Assembly: GCA_020853835.1 (NCBI GenBank)
Contig: JADYYC010000210.1
Location: 1 to 27,497 of the forward strand
Reading direction: 5' to 3'
DNA: 27,497 bases
From: Anaerolineales bacterium
Lineage (GTDB): Bacteria > Chloroflexota > Anaerolineae > Anaerolineales > UBA4823
Below are positions 7,716 to 19,481 of the stretch, in pieces (position 1 is the stretch's first letter; each line of letters starts with the position of its first letter). The notes below the pieces were generated by a model. The model was not told the DNA's origin and did no database searches. It saw nothing but the letters and a program-made list of their open reading frames with translations. The position numbers were made by a program, and so were the translations under genes.

Positions 7716-8911
7716 TTAGCCTCGGATCAAGCGTGTTTTCCCCGTAAGCAATTCCTGCATCATGCCTTGTTTGAGCAAACGGGTCTTCTCGCGACGCTGT
7801 TCCAATGCAGCGATTTCTGCATCCATGTTTTTTAGGAATTCAGCAATTGCTATTTGTTCTGTGTCATCTTCAGGGATTTCAATTTCAAAAGCCTTCACAT
7901 CCTTTGAATTGACAGCATCAAATGTAGAACCTTTAGAAAGATTTTTCCATGAAGACTCTCTTGCGATCAAAGCATAATAAAGAAAGTCGTTTGGATAACG
8001 GATCCCACATACCCCACGCCCGAGACAGACATCAAATAAAGCTCGTGAAACTTCCCCTACAGGTGCACGAACGGTCATGAGTATGTCGCCAGTATATCCG
8101 CGTCTAGTAATATGCTTTGTAAAAACTCGCACGGTAGTTCCACGATTAGATATATCTGCATTTCCCTGAATTAGTGGTAACCCATCGCCGCTAATATTGT
8201 AGTATATTGAGCTTGGAGATTGTCCCATTACAATTTTGGCAAGATCTCCGAGTTTCTTTACCGTCCACCCAATGCTAAATCCTTCCAATCGTATTTTTCC
8301 AGTCAGCAATTCCTGCATGGCGCCCTGCTTGATGAGGCGCTTTTTGGCGATGAGGGCGTCGAGGGCAGTGAGCAGGGCGTCCACGTCGCTCAGGGCGGCG
8401 GCGATGGCGCGTTGCTCGGTTAGGGTGGGAGGAACGGGTATCTTCCATTGATCGAAAGAGTTGGTGGTAATAGTGCCAAATGTCGTACCATATGTCAATG
8501 CTCTTATTGAGCCTACAGAGAACAGCATGGCATAATAAAGAAAGTCTCGGTCATATTCGTTGACCGGAAGCAAACAATAACACGTCTGATTGAAAGCCAT
8601 TGCATTTCCAAGCTGAGCTATTCTGCCAACCGTAGCACCACGAGCAATAATAATGGTTGTTCCAGTTGGCATTATCCTGGCTGGACAGGATGCAAGACCA
8701 AGATCAGTGATATAGTCTAATGTATCGTGAATATATCGTCCGTTTGCTCGGGATACATCACCAGCCGCGACCCAGGGAATTAGACCATGCCAATAGTCTG
8801 TCACAGCGGTACTGGGCGTACCTCCTCCGTAAACTTCCGCAATAGACCTGATTGTTTTTACATCCCAGTCATCTGGGATTTCACCCACCTCGGTCGGTTT
8901 GTATCCGGCTT

Positions 8912-8915
<4 letters not shown>
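7716..8915 (-). CDS. hsdS: Type I restriction-modification specificity subunit
   Basis: Two TRDs are flanked by conserved repeats EQRAIAAALSDVD...KQGAMQELLTGK and EQIAIAEFLKNMD...KQGMMQELLTGK, with N-terminal GYKPTEVGEIPDDW. The start overlaps the hsdM stop. Confidence 0.96.
7747..8318. repeat. 14-bp direct repeat in the two hsdS conserved regions
   Basis: AGCAATTCCTGCAT at 7747-7760 and 8305-8318 (both encode MQELL). Confidence 0.85.
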
Positions 8916-11278
<2,363 letters not shown>

Positions 11279-11714
11279 GTTATGAGTAATCCGCTTGGGT
11301 TATGATGCTTCCCGGATTTTCCGGAGATAAAAGTGCTCTGATGAACCTTTGATCAATGTATCGCAAAGTGGGATTGCAAAACCAGTTGCCTGTATCTTTG
11401 CCAGGCCGGTAGTTACGCTGGATCCCATTTTGCCAAACCAACTAACACCTTTGCGGGTGACCACCTGAGTGTGCTCACTGATTGTATCCCCCGCATGTTC
11501 AGGCCAAGACCTCGACGGCAGCCATGACGCGAGGTTTTCAATTCCATAGAATAATACTTTATAAGTGCAGGTACTGCAAGCAAACAGGGGTGGCTAAATA
11601 TTGGTACTAAATGAATTGATAGAAACGAGCCGGATAATTAGGAAAGGCTTGCTTATGCCACTGACGCCGATTCAAGCTAAGGTATGATTTCAAACGAAAC
11701 CGCCAATACAAATG

Positions 11715-11723
11715 TGTTATAAT
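11715..11723 (+). promoter_or_regulatory. Extended -10 promoter for the catabolic operon
   Basis: TGtTATAAT with a perfect TATAAT at 11718-11723, about 130 nt upstream of the amidohydrolase ATG. No good -35 seen. Confidence 0.65.
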
Positions 11724-11764
11724 TGCATACAGGTTGTCTACATGGTGTAGACAGTCTGTATATC
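11724..11764. promoter_or_regulatory. Array of four GntR/FadR-type operator boxes
   Basis: TGCATACA (11724), TGTCTACA (11735), TGTAGACA (11746) and TGTATATC (11757) are spaced exactly 11 bp apart. The array is itself dyad-symmetric (ATACAG-GT-TGTCTACA tgg TGTAGACA-GT-CTGTAT). Confidence 0.7.
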
Positions 11765-11853
11765 CTTGCTGACCGTCTTGGATTGATTGAGTGTCACATG
11801 TAACTTGTCGCTATATGTGGACATAACCAGCTATCTTTATTAAGGTGCCATCG

Positions 11854-13419
11854 ATGGATACGTATATTCGTGGAGGACTGATTGTTGACGGAACTGGGAA
11901 GACCGCGTATCCGGCAGATATCGGTATTCAAGGTGATCGGATTGTCTGGATAAACCGGCATCCGGAAAACGGCGGGCTGGTAGACTGTCCAACTATCGAT
12001 GCAACCGGTCTTATCATCTCGCCAGGGTTTATCGATGCCCATACGCATTCGGATTTCGTCTTCTTCCAGGAACCCCGCCCAGATATGAAGCTTCGTCAGG
12101 GCGTGACCACTGAAATCAGCGGTAATTGTGGCTCATCTGCAGCGCCGATCAGCCCGCAAAATCTTGCCTACTTAGGCCCATACGTCCAAGAGACAATCGA
12201 GGCGGTAGGTAGTTTTCATACCTTTGGTGAATACCGAGACCGCATCCAAGAACATGGTCTTATCAACAACCAGGGATTATTAATCGGACATGCTGCTTTA
12301 CGGACATCGGTGATGGGCATGAAGAATCAACGCGCCAGCCCCGATCAAATCTCCAGCATGAAGAGACTGTTGGAGCAGGCGCTGGATGAAGGCGCGATAG
12401 GTTTTTCGAGCGGTCTTTTTTACCCACCGATGGTTTATTCTGACACTCAAGAATTGATCGAACTGTGCCGGGTAGTAGCGCAGCGCGGAAAGATTTTCGC
12501 CTGCCATATGCGCAACTACAGCACGAACGTACTGCAAGCAGTTGAAGAAATGATCACTGTTGCCAGGGGAAGTGGTGTGAGGCTGCAAATTTCCCACCTG
12601 ATGACAGCCGGCAGAAAAAATTGGGGGAAATCCGAGCAAGTACTACAGATGATCGATCACGAGTGCTTACTGAGCCTCGACATAACTTTTGATCAATATC
12701 CCTATCACGCCGCGTTACCAGGTTTGCTGGCTCTGCTCCCTCCATGGATGCATGAAGGCGGCGTCGACAGAACGGTAGAACGGCTCCAGGACCTCATGTC
12801 TTGCGACCAGGCCAAAAAAGATATCGAACAGGGTCTTCCGGGCTGGGAAAATGTTACGGAACAGGCCGGTTGGGAAAATCTGGTGGTGATCTCACCCAAA
12901 ATCGGCGAATATAGCAATCAGACCATCGCTTCCATTGCAGATGCCACAAGAGCTGATCCGGCGGACGTCGTTTTTTCATTGCTCCTCACCGATCCATACT
13001 GTAACCTGGTAGCCCATTGGCTCAACGAGGAAGATGTCATCGAATTTATGAGACATCCCGCTCAGATGTGGGGCTCCGATAGCGCAGAGTCTGGACCGCT
13101 CGCGCACCCGCGGACCTATGGAACCTACCCAAAAATCTTGCGTGAATATGTTTTCGAAAAGGGAGTTCTAAGCTTAGAGACCGCGATTCAGAAGATGTCT
13201 TCTATGGAAGCTAATCGCTTTGGCATTAATCAGCGCGGAGTCATTAAAGAAGGTTTCTTTGCCGACCTTGTTTTGTTCAACCCGGAGACGATAAAACCCA
13301 CCTCGACTTACGACGCCCCCGATGTTTACCCAGAAGGCGTAATTCACGTTTTCGTCAATGGGAAAATCGCGGTTGAAAATATGCAGACAGCTTCGGGGAA
13401 ATTTGGGAATGTCCTATAG
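11854..13419 (+). CDS. N-acyl-D-amino-acid deacylase (D-aminoacylase)-like amidohydrolase
   Basis: PGFIDAHTHSD, GVTTEISGNCG (Cys ligand), CHMRN, ISHL, DQYPY, WGSD and HPRTYGTYP. ATG 11854 is preferred over GTG 11845 because TAAGGTG lies 6 nt upstream. Confidence 0.9.
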   Translation: MDTYIRGGLIVDGTGKTAYPADIGIQGDRIVWINRHPENGGLVDCPTIDATGLIISPGFIDAHTHSDFVFFQEPRPDMKLRQGVTTEISGNCGSSAAPISPQNLAYLGPYVQETIEAVGSFHTFGEYRDRIQEHGLINNQGLLIGHAALRTSVMGMKNQRASPDQISSMKRLLEQALDEGAIGFSSGLFYPPMVYSDTQELIELCRVVAQRGKIFACHMRNYSTNVLQAVEEMITVARGSGVRLQISHLMTAGRKNWGKSEQVLQMIDHECLLSLDITFDQYPYHAALPGLLALLPPWMHEGGVDRTVERLQDLMSCDQAKKDIEQGLPGWENVTEQAGWENLVVISPKIGEYSNQTIASIADATRADPADVVFSLLLTDPYCNLVAHWLNEEDVIEFMRHPAQMWGSDSAESGPLAHPRTYGTYPKILREYVFEKGVLSLETAIQKMSSMEANRFGINQRGVIKEGFFADLVLFNPETIKPTSTYDAPDVYPEGVIHVFVNGKIAVENMQTASGKFGNVL

Positions 13420-13443
13420 GAGGATCTATTGAAACGAAAATTA

Positions 13444-13490
13444 TTCATACAAACCAACGCCAACATACAATAATTATGCATACAAGGAGG
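13444..13490 (+). promoter_or_regulatory. Possible internal promoter/operator upstream of the binding-protein gene
   Basis: Three CATACAA copies (13446, 13464, 13479), including TGCATACA at 13477-13484 which is identical to the box at 11724. TTCATA-16-TACAAT is present, then RBS AAGGAGG. Confidence 0.45.
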
Positions 13491-13498
13491 TAGTAACT

Positions 13499-15202
13499 AT
13501 GAAAAAAATGAAAACATCCCGAACGTGGATGTGGATCGCTCTGATGATGATCCTGGTCTTGGTAGCTGGCTGTGCCAGCCCTCAGACTCCTACTGCAGCC
13601 CCCCAGGAACCGACGGCTCCCGCTGTAGAAGCACCCAAGACTCCGGAAGAGTCTGAAGTTCCTGAAGCCACAGAAGAGGTTGTGTCCGAACCGCCGGCTG
13701 AAGTTAAACCACCCGAAGGGGTCGAGCAGGTGCTGAGAATCAACTTTCGTATCCCTGCTGGCGGAGTTGACCCTGTGGTTGAACAGGCGGATGCCGGTTT
13801 TCAGATGATGTCTGCCGTATATGACCGGCTGGTGGTAGTAAATAGCAAGATGGAACTCGTTCCTCAACTCGCTGATTCTTGGGATGTGTCTCCGGACGCG
13901 AAGACCTGGACCTTCCATCTGCACCCTGGCGTCAAATTCCACGACGGCACTACCTTGGATGCCGAGGCGGTCAAGCATTCGATCAGTCGGGTGTTAGACC
14001 CAGCGAATGCCTCCCTCTATGCATCTACTCTTACGATGGTTGATTCTATCGAGGTCATCGATCCTTTGACCGTCCGGTTCAATCTGTCCTACCCGTTTGC
14101 GGCTTTTGTCCGCTCCCTGGCTCTGCCGGGTGCAATGATCACCTGTCCGCAAGAAGTAGAGAAATGGGGCAAGGACTTTGTACAACACGGCTGCGGATCG
14201 GGGCCCTTCTATATCGACAAATTTGTTCCAGGAGAAGGCATGGAGGTGGTGCGCTTCGACGATTACTGGCGCGGACCGGCCAAGTTAGATAGAATCGTTT
14301 ACACGTTCATCTCGGATGAACAGGCGCGCGTCTCAGCGTTGATTGCTGGCGATACCGATTTCGAGACGAACATTCCCGGCCCTATGCTACCGCTGGTCGA
14401 GAGCAATCCCGACCTGACCATCGAACGTGGTCCTGCAATGATGGTCGAGTACATCGGTTTCAACACCACCGATCCAATCTTTTCCGACAAACTCGTCCGC
14501 CAGGCCGTAGCATACTCGATTGACATGGAGACGCTAATCAAGAATGTGATGGGCGGCGTGGGTGTGCATGCTAGCCAGCCCATTTCGCCTCTGGCCTTCG
14601 GTTATGACCCTTCTCTTAAGCCGATTCCTTATGATCCGGCGAAGGCCACTGAACTGCTTAAGCAGGCTGGCTGGAGTGATACAAACGGCGATAAGGTGAT
14701 GGACAAGAATGGAGAATCCCTCACCACCAAGTTCTGCATCATGAGCATCCCCCAAATGGTCCAGTTTGCCCAGGGCGTACAAGCCTACATGAGAGATGTA
14801 GGAATTGACGCCCAAATCGAAAGCCTGGATTGGGGCACTTATCTGGATGCCGCTCAAAGCGGGAATTGTCCAATATTTGAAATCGGCGAAGGCGCTAACA
14901 CCGGCGACGCAGATTACATCTTATGGAGTCAGTTCCATTCCAGCATGATTCCAGCCAGTAACTGGACCCGGTATAACAGCCGCACCTACGACGAGCTGAT
15001 GGTCCAACAGCGCCAAGAGGTCGATCCGGATAAACGCCTTGAACTTCTCAACCAGTCGGTCCGGCTGCTAATGGAAGACATGCCATGGGTGCCAACCTGG
15101 GTGCGCGAAAATCTGCAAGCGCATAAAAGCTATGTGAAGGGTTATGTCCAGGGACCGAGCACAACCTATATGGACCTATACCCTGTATATATCGGAAAAT
15201 AG
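13499..15202 (+). CDS. ABC transporter family-5 (Dpp/Opp-like) substrate-binding lipoprotein
   Basis: Signal peptide with lipobox VAGC (Cys25) followed by a P/E/A/T-rich linker. Family-5 signature PQLADSWDVSPDAKTWTFHLHPGVKFHDGT, plus GSGPF and VRQAVAYSID. Confidence 0.95.
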   Translation: MKKMKTSRTWMWIALMMILVLVAGCASPQTPTAAPQEPTAPAVEAPKTPEESEVPEATEEVVSEPPAEVKPPEGVEQVLRINFRIPAGGVDPVVEQADAGFQMMSAVYDRLVVVNSKMELVPQLADSWDVSPDAKTWTFHLHPGVKFHDGTTLDAEAVKHSISRVLDPANASLYASTLTMVDSIEVIDPLTVRFNLSYPFAAFVRSLALPGAMITCPQEVEKWGKDFVQHGCGSGPFYIDKFVPGEGMEVVRFDDYWRGPAKLDRIVYTFISDEQARVSALIAGDTDFETNIPGPMLPLVESNPDLTIERGPAMMVEYIGFNTTDPIFSDKLVRQAVAYSIDMETLIKNVMGGVGVHASQPISPLAFGYDPSLKPIPYDPAKATELLKQAGWSDTNGDKVMDKNGESLTTKFCIMSIPQMVQFAQGVQAYMRDVGIDAQIESLDWGTYLDAAQSGNCPIFEIGEGANTGDADYILWSQFHSSMIPASNWTRYNSRTYDELMVQQRQEVDPDKRLELLNQSVRLLMEDMPWVPTWVRENLQAHKSYVKGYVQGPSTTYMDLYPVYIGK

Positions 15203-15278
15203 ACATCCGCAAACCGCTGCATGAAAGATCGATGTCAGTCGGCTAGGAAATAGCAACATCGTCGAAAGCGATTGTCAA

Positions 15279-15327
15279 CGGGTGCATTGCATTGCATAAT
15301 CGTATTCAACGTAATGCAATGCACCCG
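15279..15327 (+). repeat. Long intergenic hairpin between binding-protein and permease genes
   Basis: CGGGTGCATTGCATTGC (15279-15295), 15-nt loop, GTAATGCAATGCACCCG (15311-15327): 16/17 Watson-Crick pairs plus one G-U. No U-tract follows. Confidence 0.85.
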
Positions 15328-15393
15328 AAACCGCTTGCCAGACAGAAGCACGTTTCGTCAATTTTGGCAGATGCGCTGAGGAGATAACTTTTT

Positions 15394-16311
15394 ATGTACT
15401 ATGCCATTCGGAAACTCCTGATGCTCATTCCGTTGATGCTGGGAGTATCTTTTCTGGTTTTTCTGATGATGCGAGTGTTGCCAGGCGACCCAGCAAAAAC
15501 CCGCGCCGGTCTACATGCCACTCCAGAGATGATCGAAAAGATCCGCCAGGAGTTACAACTGGATAAACCTCTACTTGTGCAATATTATCTCTTCTTGCGT
15601 GACGCAGTACACCTGGATTTTGGACGCTCCATTCGCTCCAATCAACCGGTGTTAACCGAGTTTCTAATCAGATACCCAAACACGATCATGCTGACCCTGA
15701 CGGCAACAATGCTGTTTCTACTCATCGGGATTCCGCTAGGGGTGATCGCCGCCGTGCATCACGGCTCAATTTGGGACGGTTTGACCATTCTCGTCGGCCT
15801 TATTGGTATCTCGATGCCCAGTTTTTGGCTTGGGTTGTTGCTTATCTGGGAATTCGCCGTGAAACTTAAGCTGCTTCCATCCTTTGGACTTTCCAGTCCC
15901 GCGCATATGATCCTGCCTGCGATCACCCTGGCAGCCTATGGGATCGCCTATACGGCACGTTACACTCGCTCGAGCATGCTGGAAGAGCTAGGCCAGGACT
16001 ATATCACCGCTACGCGCGCCAAAGGCTTGTCAGAGAGAACGGTTTTATACCGTCATGCGCTGCGAAATTCGCTGCTTCCAATTCTCTCACAAGCCGCGCT
16101 CGGTTTTGGTTATATGCTTGGTGGATCAGTTGTGATTGAGGTAGTATTTACAATCAATGGTATCGGTAAGTTAATCGTCGATGCCATTCTGTATCGGGAT
16201 TTTCCCATTGTGCAAGCTGGCGTTTTGCTGATCTCGATAAATTTCGTTTTGGTAAACTTATTTGCCGATCTGGCGTATGGCTTGATCGACCCTCGCATCC
16301 GCTTAACCTGA
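15394..16311 (+). CDS. ABC peptide-type permease (DppB/OppB-like)
   Basis: LPGDPA, LDKPLLVQY, DFGRSI, SMPSFWLG, EAA loop YITATRAKGLSERTVLYRHALRNSL and RDFPIVQ. Confidence 0.95.
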   Translation: MYYAIRKLLMLIPLMLGVSFLVFLMMRVLPGDPAKTRAGLHATPEMIEKIRQELQLDKPLLVQYYLFLRDAVHLDFGRSIRSNQPVLTEFLIRYPNTIMLTLTATMLFLLIGIPLGVIAAVHHGSIWDGLTILVGLIGISMPSFWLGLLLIWEFAVKLKLLPSFGLSSPAHMILPAITLAAYGIAYTARYTRSSMLEELGQDYITATRAKGLSERTVLYRHALRNSLLPILSQAALGFGYMLGGSVVIEVVFTINGIGKLIVDAILYRDFPIVQAGVLLISINFVLVNLFADLAYGLIDPRIRLT

Positions 16312-16329
16312 TCAGGTGCGGGTTAAATC

Positions 16330-17235
16330 ATGGAGGAAAATATCCTGCTTACCGAACCAAGACTAGTGCCCCCTGCCTCTGTCCCAAAGAGGCGAGCCTC
16401 GCTTTACCAACACGCATTTCGCCGGTTTATTAAAAATAAAATAGCGTTGTTGGGCCTGGGACTTGTCGCGGTTCAGATCTTGATTGCCATTTTTGCAAGT
16501 GTTATCGCGCCGTATGACCCTCTGGCTGTTGACATGAAGACCGTGCTGGCGCCGCCGCTCACCCCGGGGCACCTGCTGGGCACCGACGACCTGGGTAGAG
16601 ATATGGTCAGTCGCTTGGCCTATGGAGCGCGAATTTCTTTCGGGGTGGGGTTGGTAGTGGTGCTTATTGCCATATCTATCGGCGTCCCACTCGGCGCATT
16701 GGCTGGTTACTTTCAACGCCTCGATCCCTGGATCAGCTTCGTCATCGAAGTGTTGTTAGCATTTCCCGGCATCATTCTGGCGCTTGCAATTGTCGCTGCG
16801 CTTGGCCCGGGGTTATTAAGCGTTATGATCGCCGTTGGGATTACCTCGGTGCCGATGTATGTGCGTGTGGTACGCGGGCAGGTCCTTTCGCTCAAGCAAA
16901 GAGACTACGTTGTATCGGCGCGAGCACTCGGGATGAGCGAGGGCGGCATCCTGTTCCGGCAGATATTGCCCAACTGCCTGGGCCCGATCATTGTTCAGGC
17001 GACGATCAATATCGGCACATCGATCCTTCAAGCCGCATCCTTAAGCTTCATTGGTGTGGGCGTACAACCGCCCCAACCAGAGTGGGGCGCCATGCTCAGC
17101 CAGGCACGCAGCTATATCATTCTAGCGCCCCACATCGTAGCGCTGCCGGGAATAGCGATCATGTCGGTTGTCCTTGGCTTCAACTTGCTTGGAGATGGGC
17201 TGCGAGACGCACTGGACCCACGTTTTATACGCTGA
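16330..17235 (+). CDS. ABC peptide-type permease (DppC/OppC-like)
   Basis: HLLGTDDLGRDMVSRLAYGARISF, EAA loop YVVSARALGMS, PPQPEWGAML and GDGLRDALDP. Confidence 0.95.
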   Translation: MEENILLTEPRLVPPASVPKRRASLYQHAFRRFIKNKIALLGLGLVAVQILIAIFASVIAPYDPLAVDMKTVLAPPLTPGHLLGTDDLGRDMVSRLAYGARISFGVGLVVVLIAISIGVPLGALAGYFQRLDPWISFVIEVLLAFPGIILALAIVAALGPGLLSVMIAVGITSVPMYVRVVRGQVLSLKQRDYVVSARALGMSEGGILFRQILPNCLGPIIVQATINIGTSILQAASLSFIGVGVQPPQPEWGAMLSQARSYIILAPHIVALPGIAIMSVVLGFNLLGDGLRDALDPRFIR

Positions 17236-17278
17236 GCCTGAAGGCTGAACACAAAAAACAGAGAAGGAGGACCAAAAA

Positions 17279-18496
17279 ATGTCAGACGAATATGGAAAGA
17301 CTAAAGTGGCTTATGATTGGGAACACCGCAGGCAATATCTTGTGCTCCCATTTCCAATGAAAGAATATCAAAGGCGCGTGGATGCATTAAGGCGTTCGAT
17401 GAACGACGCCGGCCTCGAATATCTGATCATTTACGGTAACCCGGCTTGCACTGGCCCGATCTACTATATCGCTAACTTTGATAGCTTTTTTGGGAACACC
17501 ATCGTCTTCTTGCCCGCTTCGGGCGATCCGGTGTTGATTACCGATGGCATAATGCACAGCGAGCCAATGCACAGCGGGATCTGGACGACATGGATTCGCG
17601 ATATTCGACCAGCCAACCATCCAGCAACAGTGCGCCATACGCGCAACCTATCTGATTTCATCGTCGATGAACTGAAGAGGCTGGGCTTATCAGATGCTCC
17701 AGGGGGTCTAATCAGCGCGGGTTTCTTCCCATACACCTTCATGCAGCGGTTGAATGACTTGCTGCCCGACATCCAACTATCCCCTGCAGAGGCTGTTTTC
17801 GAACGAGTTCGCTCGATTAAAAGCGACCTGGAGGTTGCCCTCCTGCGCAGGACGGCAAAGATCGCCTCACTAGGATTAGATCATGTATTTTCAATCCCGC
17901 AAGCCGGGATGACCGAAAAACAACTGGCAGCCGAAGCCGTGCGCGTCTTTTTGGAAGAGGGTGCCGAATTTCCGTTGATGGTAGCAGTGACTGCGGGCGT
18001 GCGTGCTGGGCTGAAACACGCCAGCCCCACAGATCAGAAGATTAAAAACGGTGATATGATTTTCGTGGATGTCGGGACGCCGGTGAGCGGTTATTTTAGC
18101 GACGTTGCCCGCAGCGGCGTGGCAGGCAAAGCCAACCAACAACAAATCGCGATGTTTAAAACCGCTCTGGAAATGCACGATCGTGTGATCGCTGCGATTA
18201 AGCCAGGAGCGCGCATCTGCGACTTACAACGCATTGCAGAGGAGGTGGCGAGGACAAACGGTTTTGCCAATTATTACTATCCCACTGGCTTTGGACACGG
18301 AATCGGCACCTCCGTAGCCGAGACACCGATCCTATTTCCTGATAACGAGGCCGCGCTAGAGAAGAATATGGTGTTTGCTTTAGAACCGATGATTGTGATC
18401 GAGGGAGTGGGCACCGCCGTGTTCGAAGAGATGATTCTGGTTACATCTGAAAGCTGTGAAGTCTTATCCGATGCAACACTTTCCACCTGGAAGTAG
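17279..18496 (+). CDS. M24B (Xaa-Pro peptidase/creatinase-fold) hydrolase
   Basis: Creatinase-like N-domain (PFPMKEYQRRVDALRRSM) and RSIKSDLE. Metal ligands are in FVDVG, FSDVAR, GHGIG, ALEP and FEE. Confidence 0.9.
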   Translation: MSDEYGKTKVAYDWEHRRQYLVLPFPMKEYQRRVDALRRSMNDAGLEYLIIYGNPACTGPIYYIANFDSFFGNTIVFLPASGDPVLITDGIMHSEPMHSGIWTTWIRDIRPANHPATVRHTRNLSDFIVDELKRLGLSDAPGGLISAGFFPYTFMQRLNDLLPDIQLSPAEAVFERVRSIKSDLEVALLRRTAKIASLGLDHVFSIPQAGMTEKQLAAEAVRVFLEEGAEFPLMVAVTAGVRAGLKHASPTDQKIKNGDMIFVDVGTPVSGYFSDVARSGVAGKANQQQIAMFKTALEMHDRVIAAIKPGARICDLQRIAEEVARTNGFANYYYPTGFGHGIGTSVAETPILFPDNEAALEKNMVFALEPMIVIEGVGTAVFEEMILVTSESCEVLSDATLSTWK

Positions 18497-18512
18497 ATGA
18501 TAAGGAGACGTT

Positions 18513-19481
18513 ATGGGTGAAAACGAAGGTATCTATCCCGGGCTTGGATTAGTGCATTACGTTTCATTCCCAAAGAATATCCCGGGCGATGGTCCGATTA
18601 TCGAGAACTTGGAAAGCATCCTGGCGGATGACGATTTCCAGACAATTGAAATTTCATGGATTAAAAACGAAGATGTAAAAAAGAAAGCCAGCGCTTTACT
18701 GAAGACTTCAGGCAAACGGATAGTATTCTCAGGTGGCCCTCCCTTCGCCTATCAACAGATTAATCTGTCTTCGCTGGATGATGGCGAACGAAAATATTCA
18801 ATGGAGTACGCTAGGCAATTGTTCGATGATGCCCGTCTCTTCAACGCCTGCATTTTTCTTATTACGGGTGGGCGCGATACGTTGCCTTCAGAAAGAGAGC
18901 GCGCCAAGGACAAGCTGGTTCAGTCTATCGTTGAACTCTCAAAATATGCCCGAGAACATTCCGATCAGTCGCCGATCTACCTCTCACTCGAGCCAGTAGA
19001 TAGGGCGGTTCACCGTAAAGGGTTGATCGGCCCGATTGCAGAAGCTGTCGAGATAGCGCAAAGAGTGGAGCAGGCAGGTGAAACGCTTTATCTAACCCTC
19101 GATCAGTCACACCTTGCTCAGCTCGGCATAGCGCCTGGTGAAGCGCTTCGCCTGGCTTATAATTATCTTTTCCATGTCCACCTAGCAAACTGTATTATCT
19201 GCGACCCACAACATCCTTTGTATGGCGATGAGCATCCTTACTTTGGAATAAAAGACGGGGAGCATGGATTACAGGAACTGGTAGTTTTTCTGAAAATATT
19301 GGAGAAGCTGGGTTATTTCAGTCGCCAGCCGCCTTATGGAGGCTGGCCAATCGTCAGCGTCGAAGTCAAGCCTTTGGATAATGAAGATCCAGTTGAGGCG
19401 CTGAAAACTACCAAAGCTGTTCTGGCAAAATCATTCGCCGAAACTTGTCTTTCCTCACTATCTGAAAGGATCAGCCGATGA
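18513..19481 (+). CDS. Sugar-phosphate isomerase/epimerase-like TIM barrel (AP_endonuc_2 family)
   Basis: The E/D/H/E metal-site pattern is present in LSLEPVDR, LTLDQSH, FHVHLAN and VSVEVK. The stop overlaps the next ATG (ATGA). Confidence 0.8.
   Translation: MGENEGIYPGLGLVHYVSFPKNIPGDGPIIENLESILADDDFQTIEISWIKNEDVKKKASALLKTSGKRIVFSGGPPFAYQQINLSSLDDGERKYSMEYARQLFDDARLFNACIFLITGGRDTLPSERERAKDKLVQSIVELSKYAREHSDQSPIYLSLEPVDRAVHRKGLIGPIAEAVEIAQRVEQAGETLYLTLDQSHLAQLGIAPGEALRLAYNYLFHVHLANCIICDPQHPLYGDEHPYFGIKDGEHGLQELVVFLKILEKLGYFSRQPPYGGWPIVSVEVKPLDNEDPVEALKTTKAVLAKSFAETCLSSLSERISR

Noticed and set aside
15241-15256. GGCTAGGAAATAGCAA resembles the Cas9 sgRNA repeat:anti-repeat loop (GCTAGAAATAGCAA)
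   Set aside because: The match is short, that loop is an engineered junction, and there are no cas genes, repeats or flanking tracrRNA sequence. It is treated as a chance hairpin.
15205-15262. Possible c-di-GMP or other riboswitch (GCAAAC...GAAA)
   Set aside because: The conserved second stem and spacing could not be matched by eye. It would need an Rfam search.
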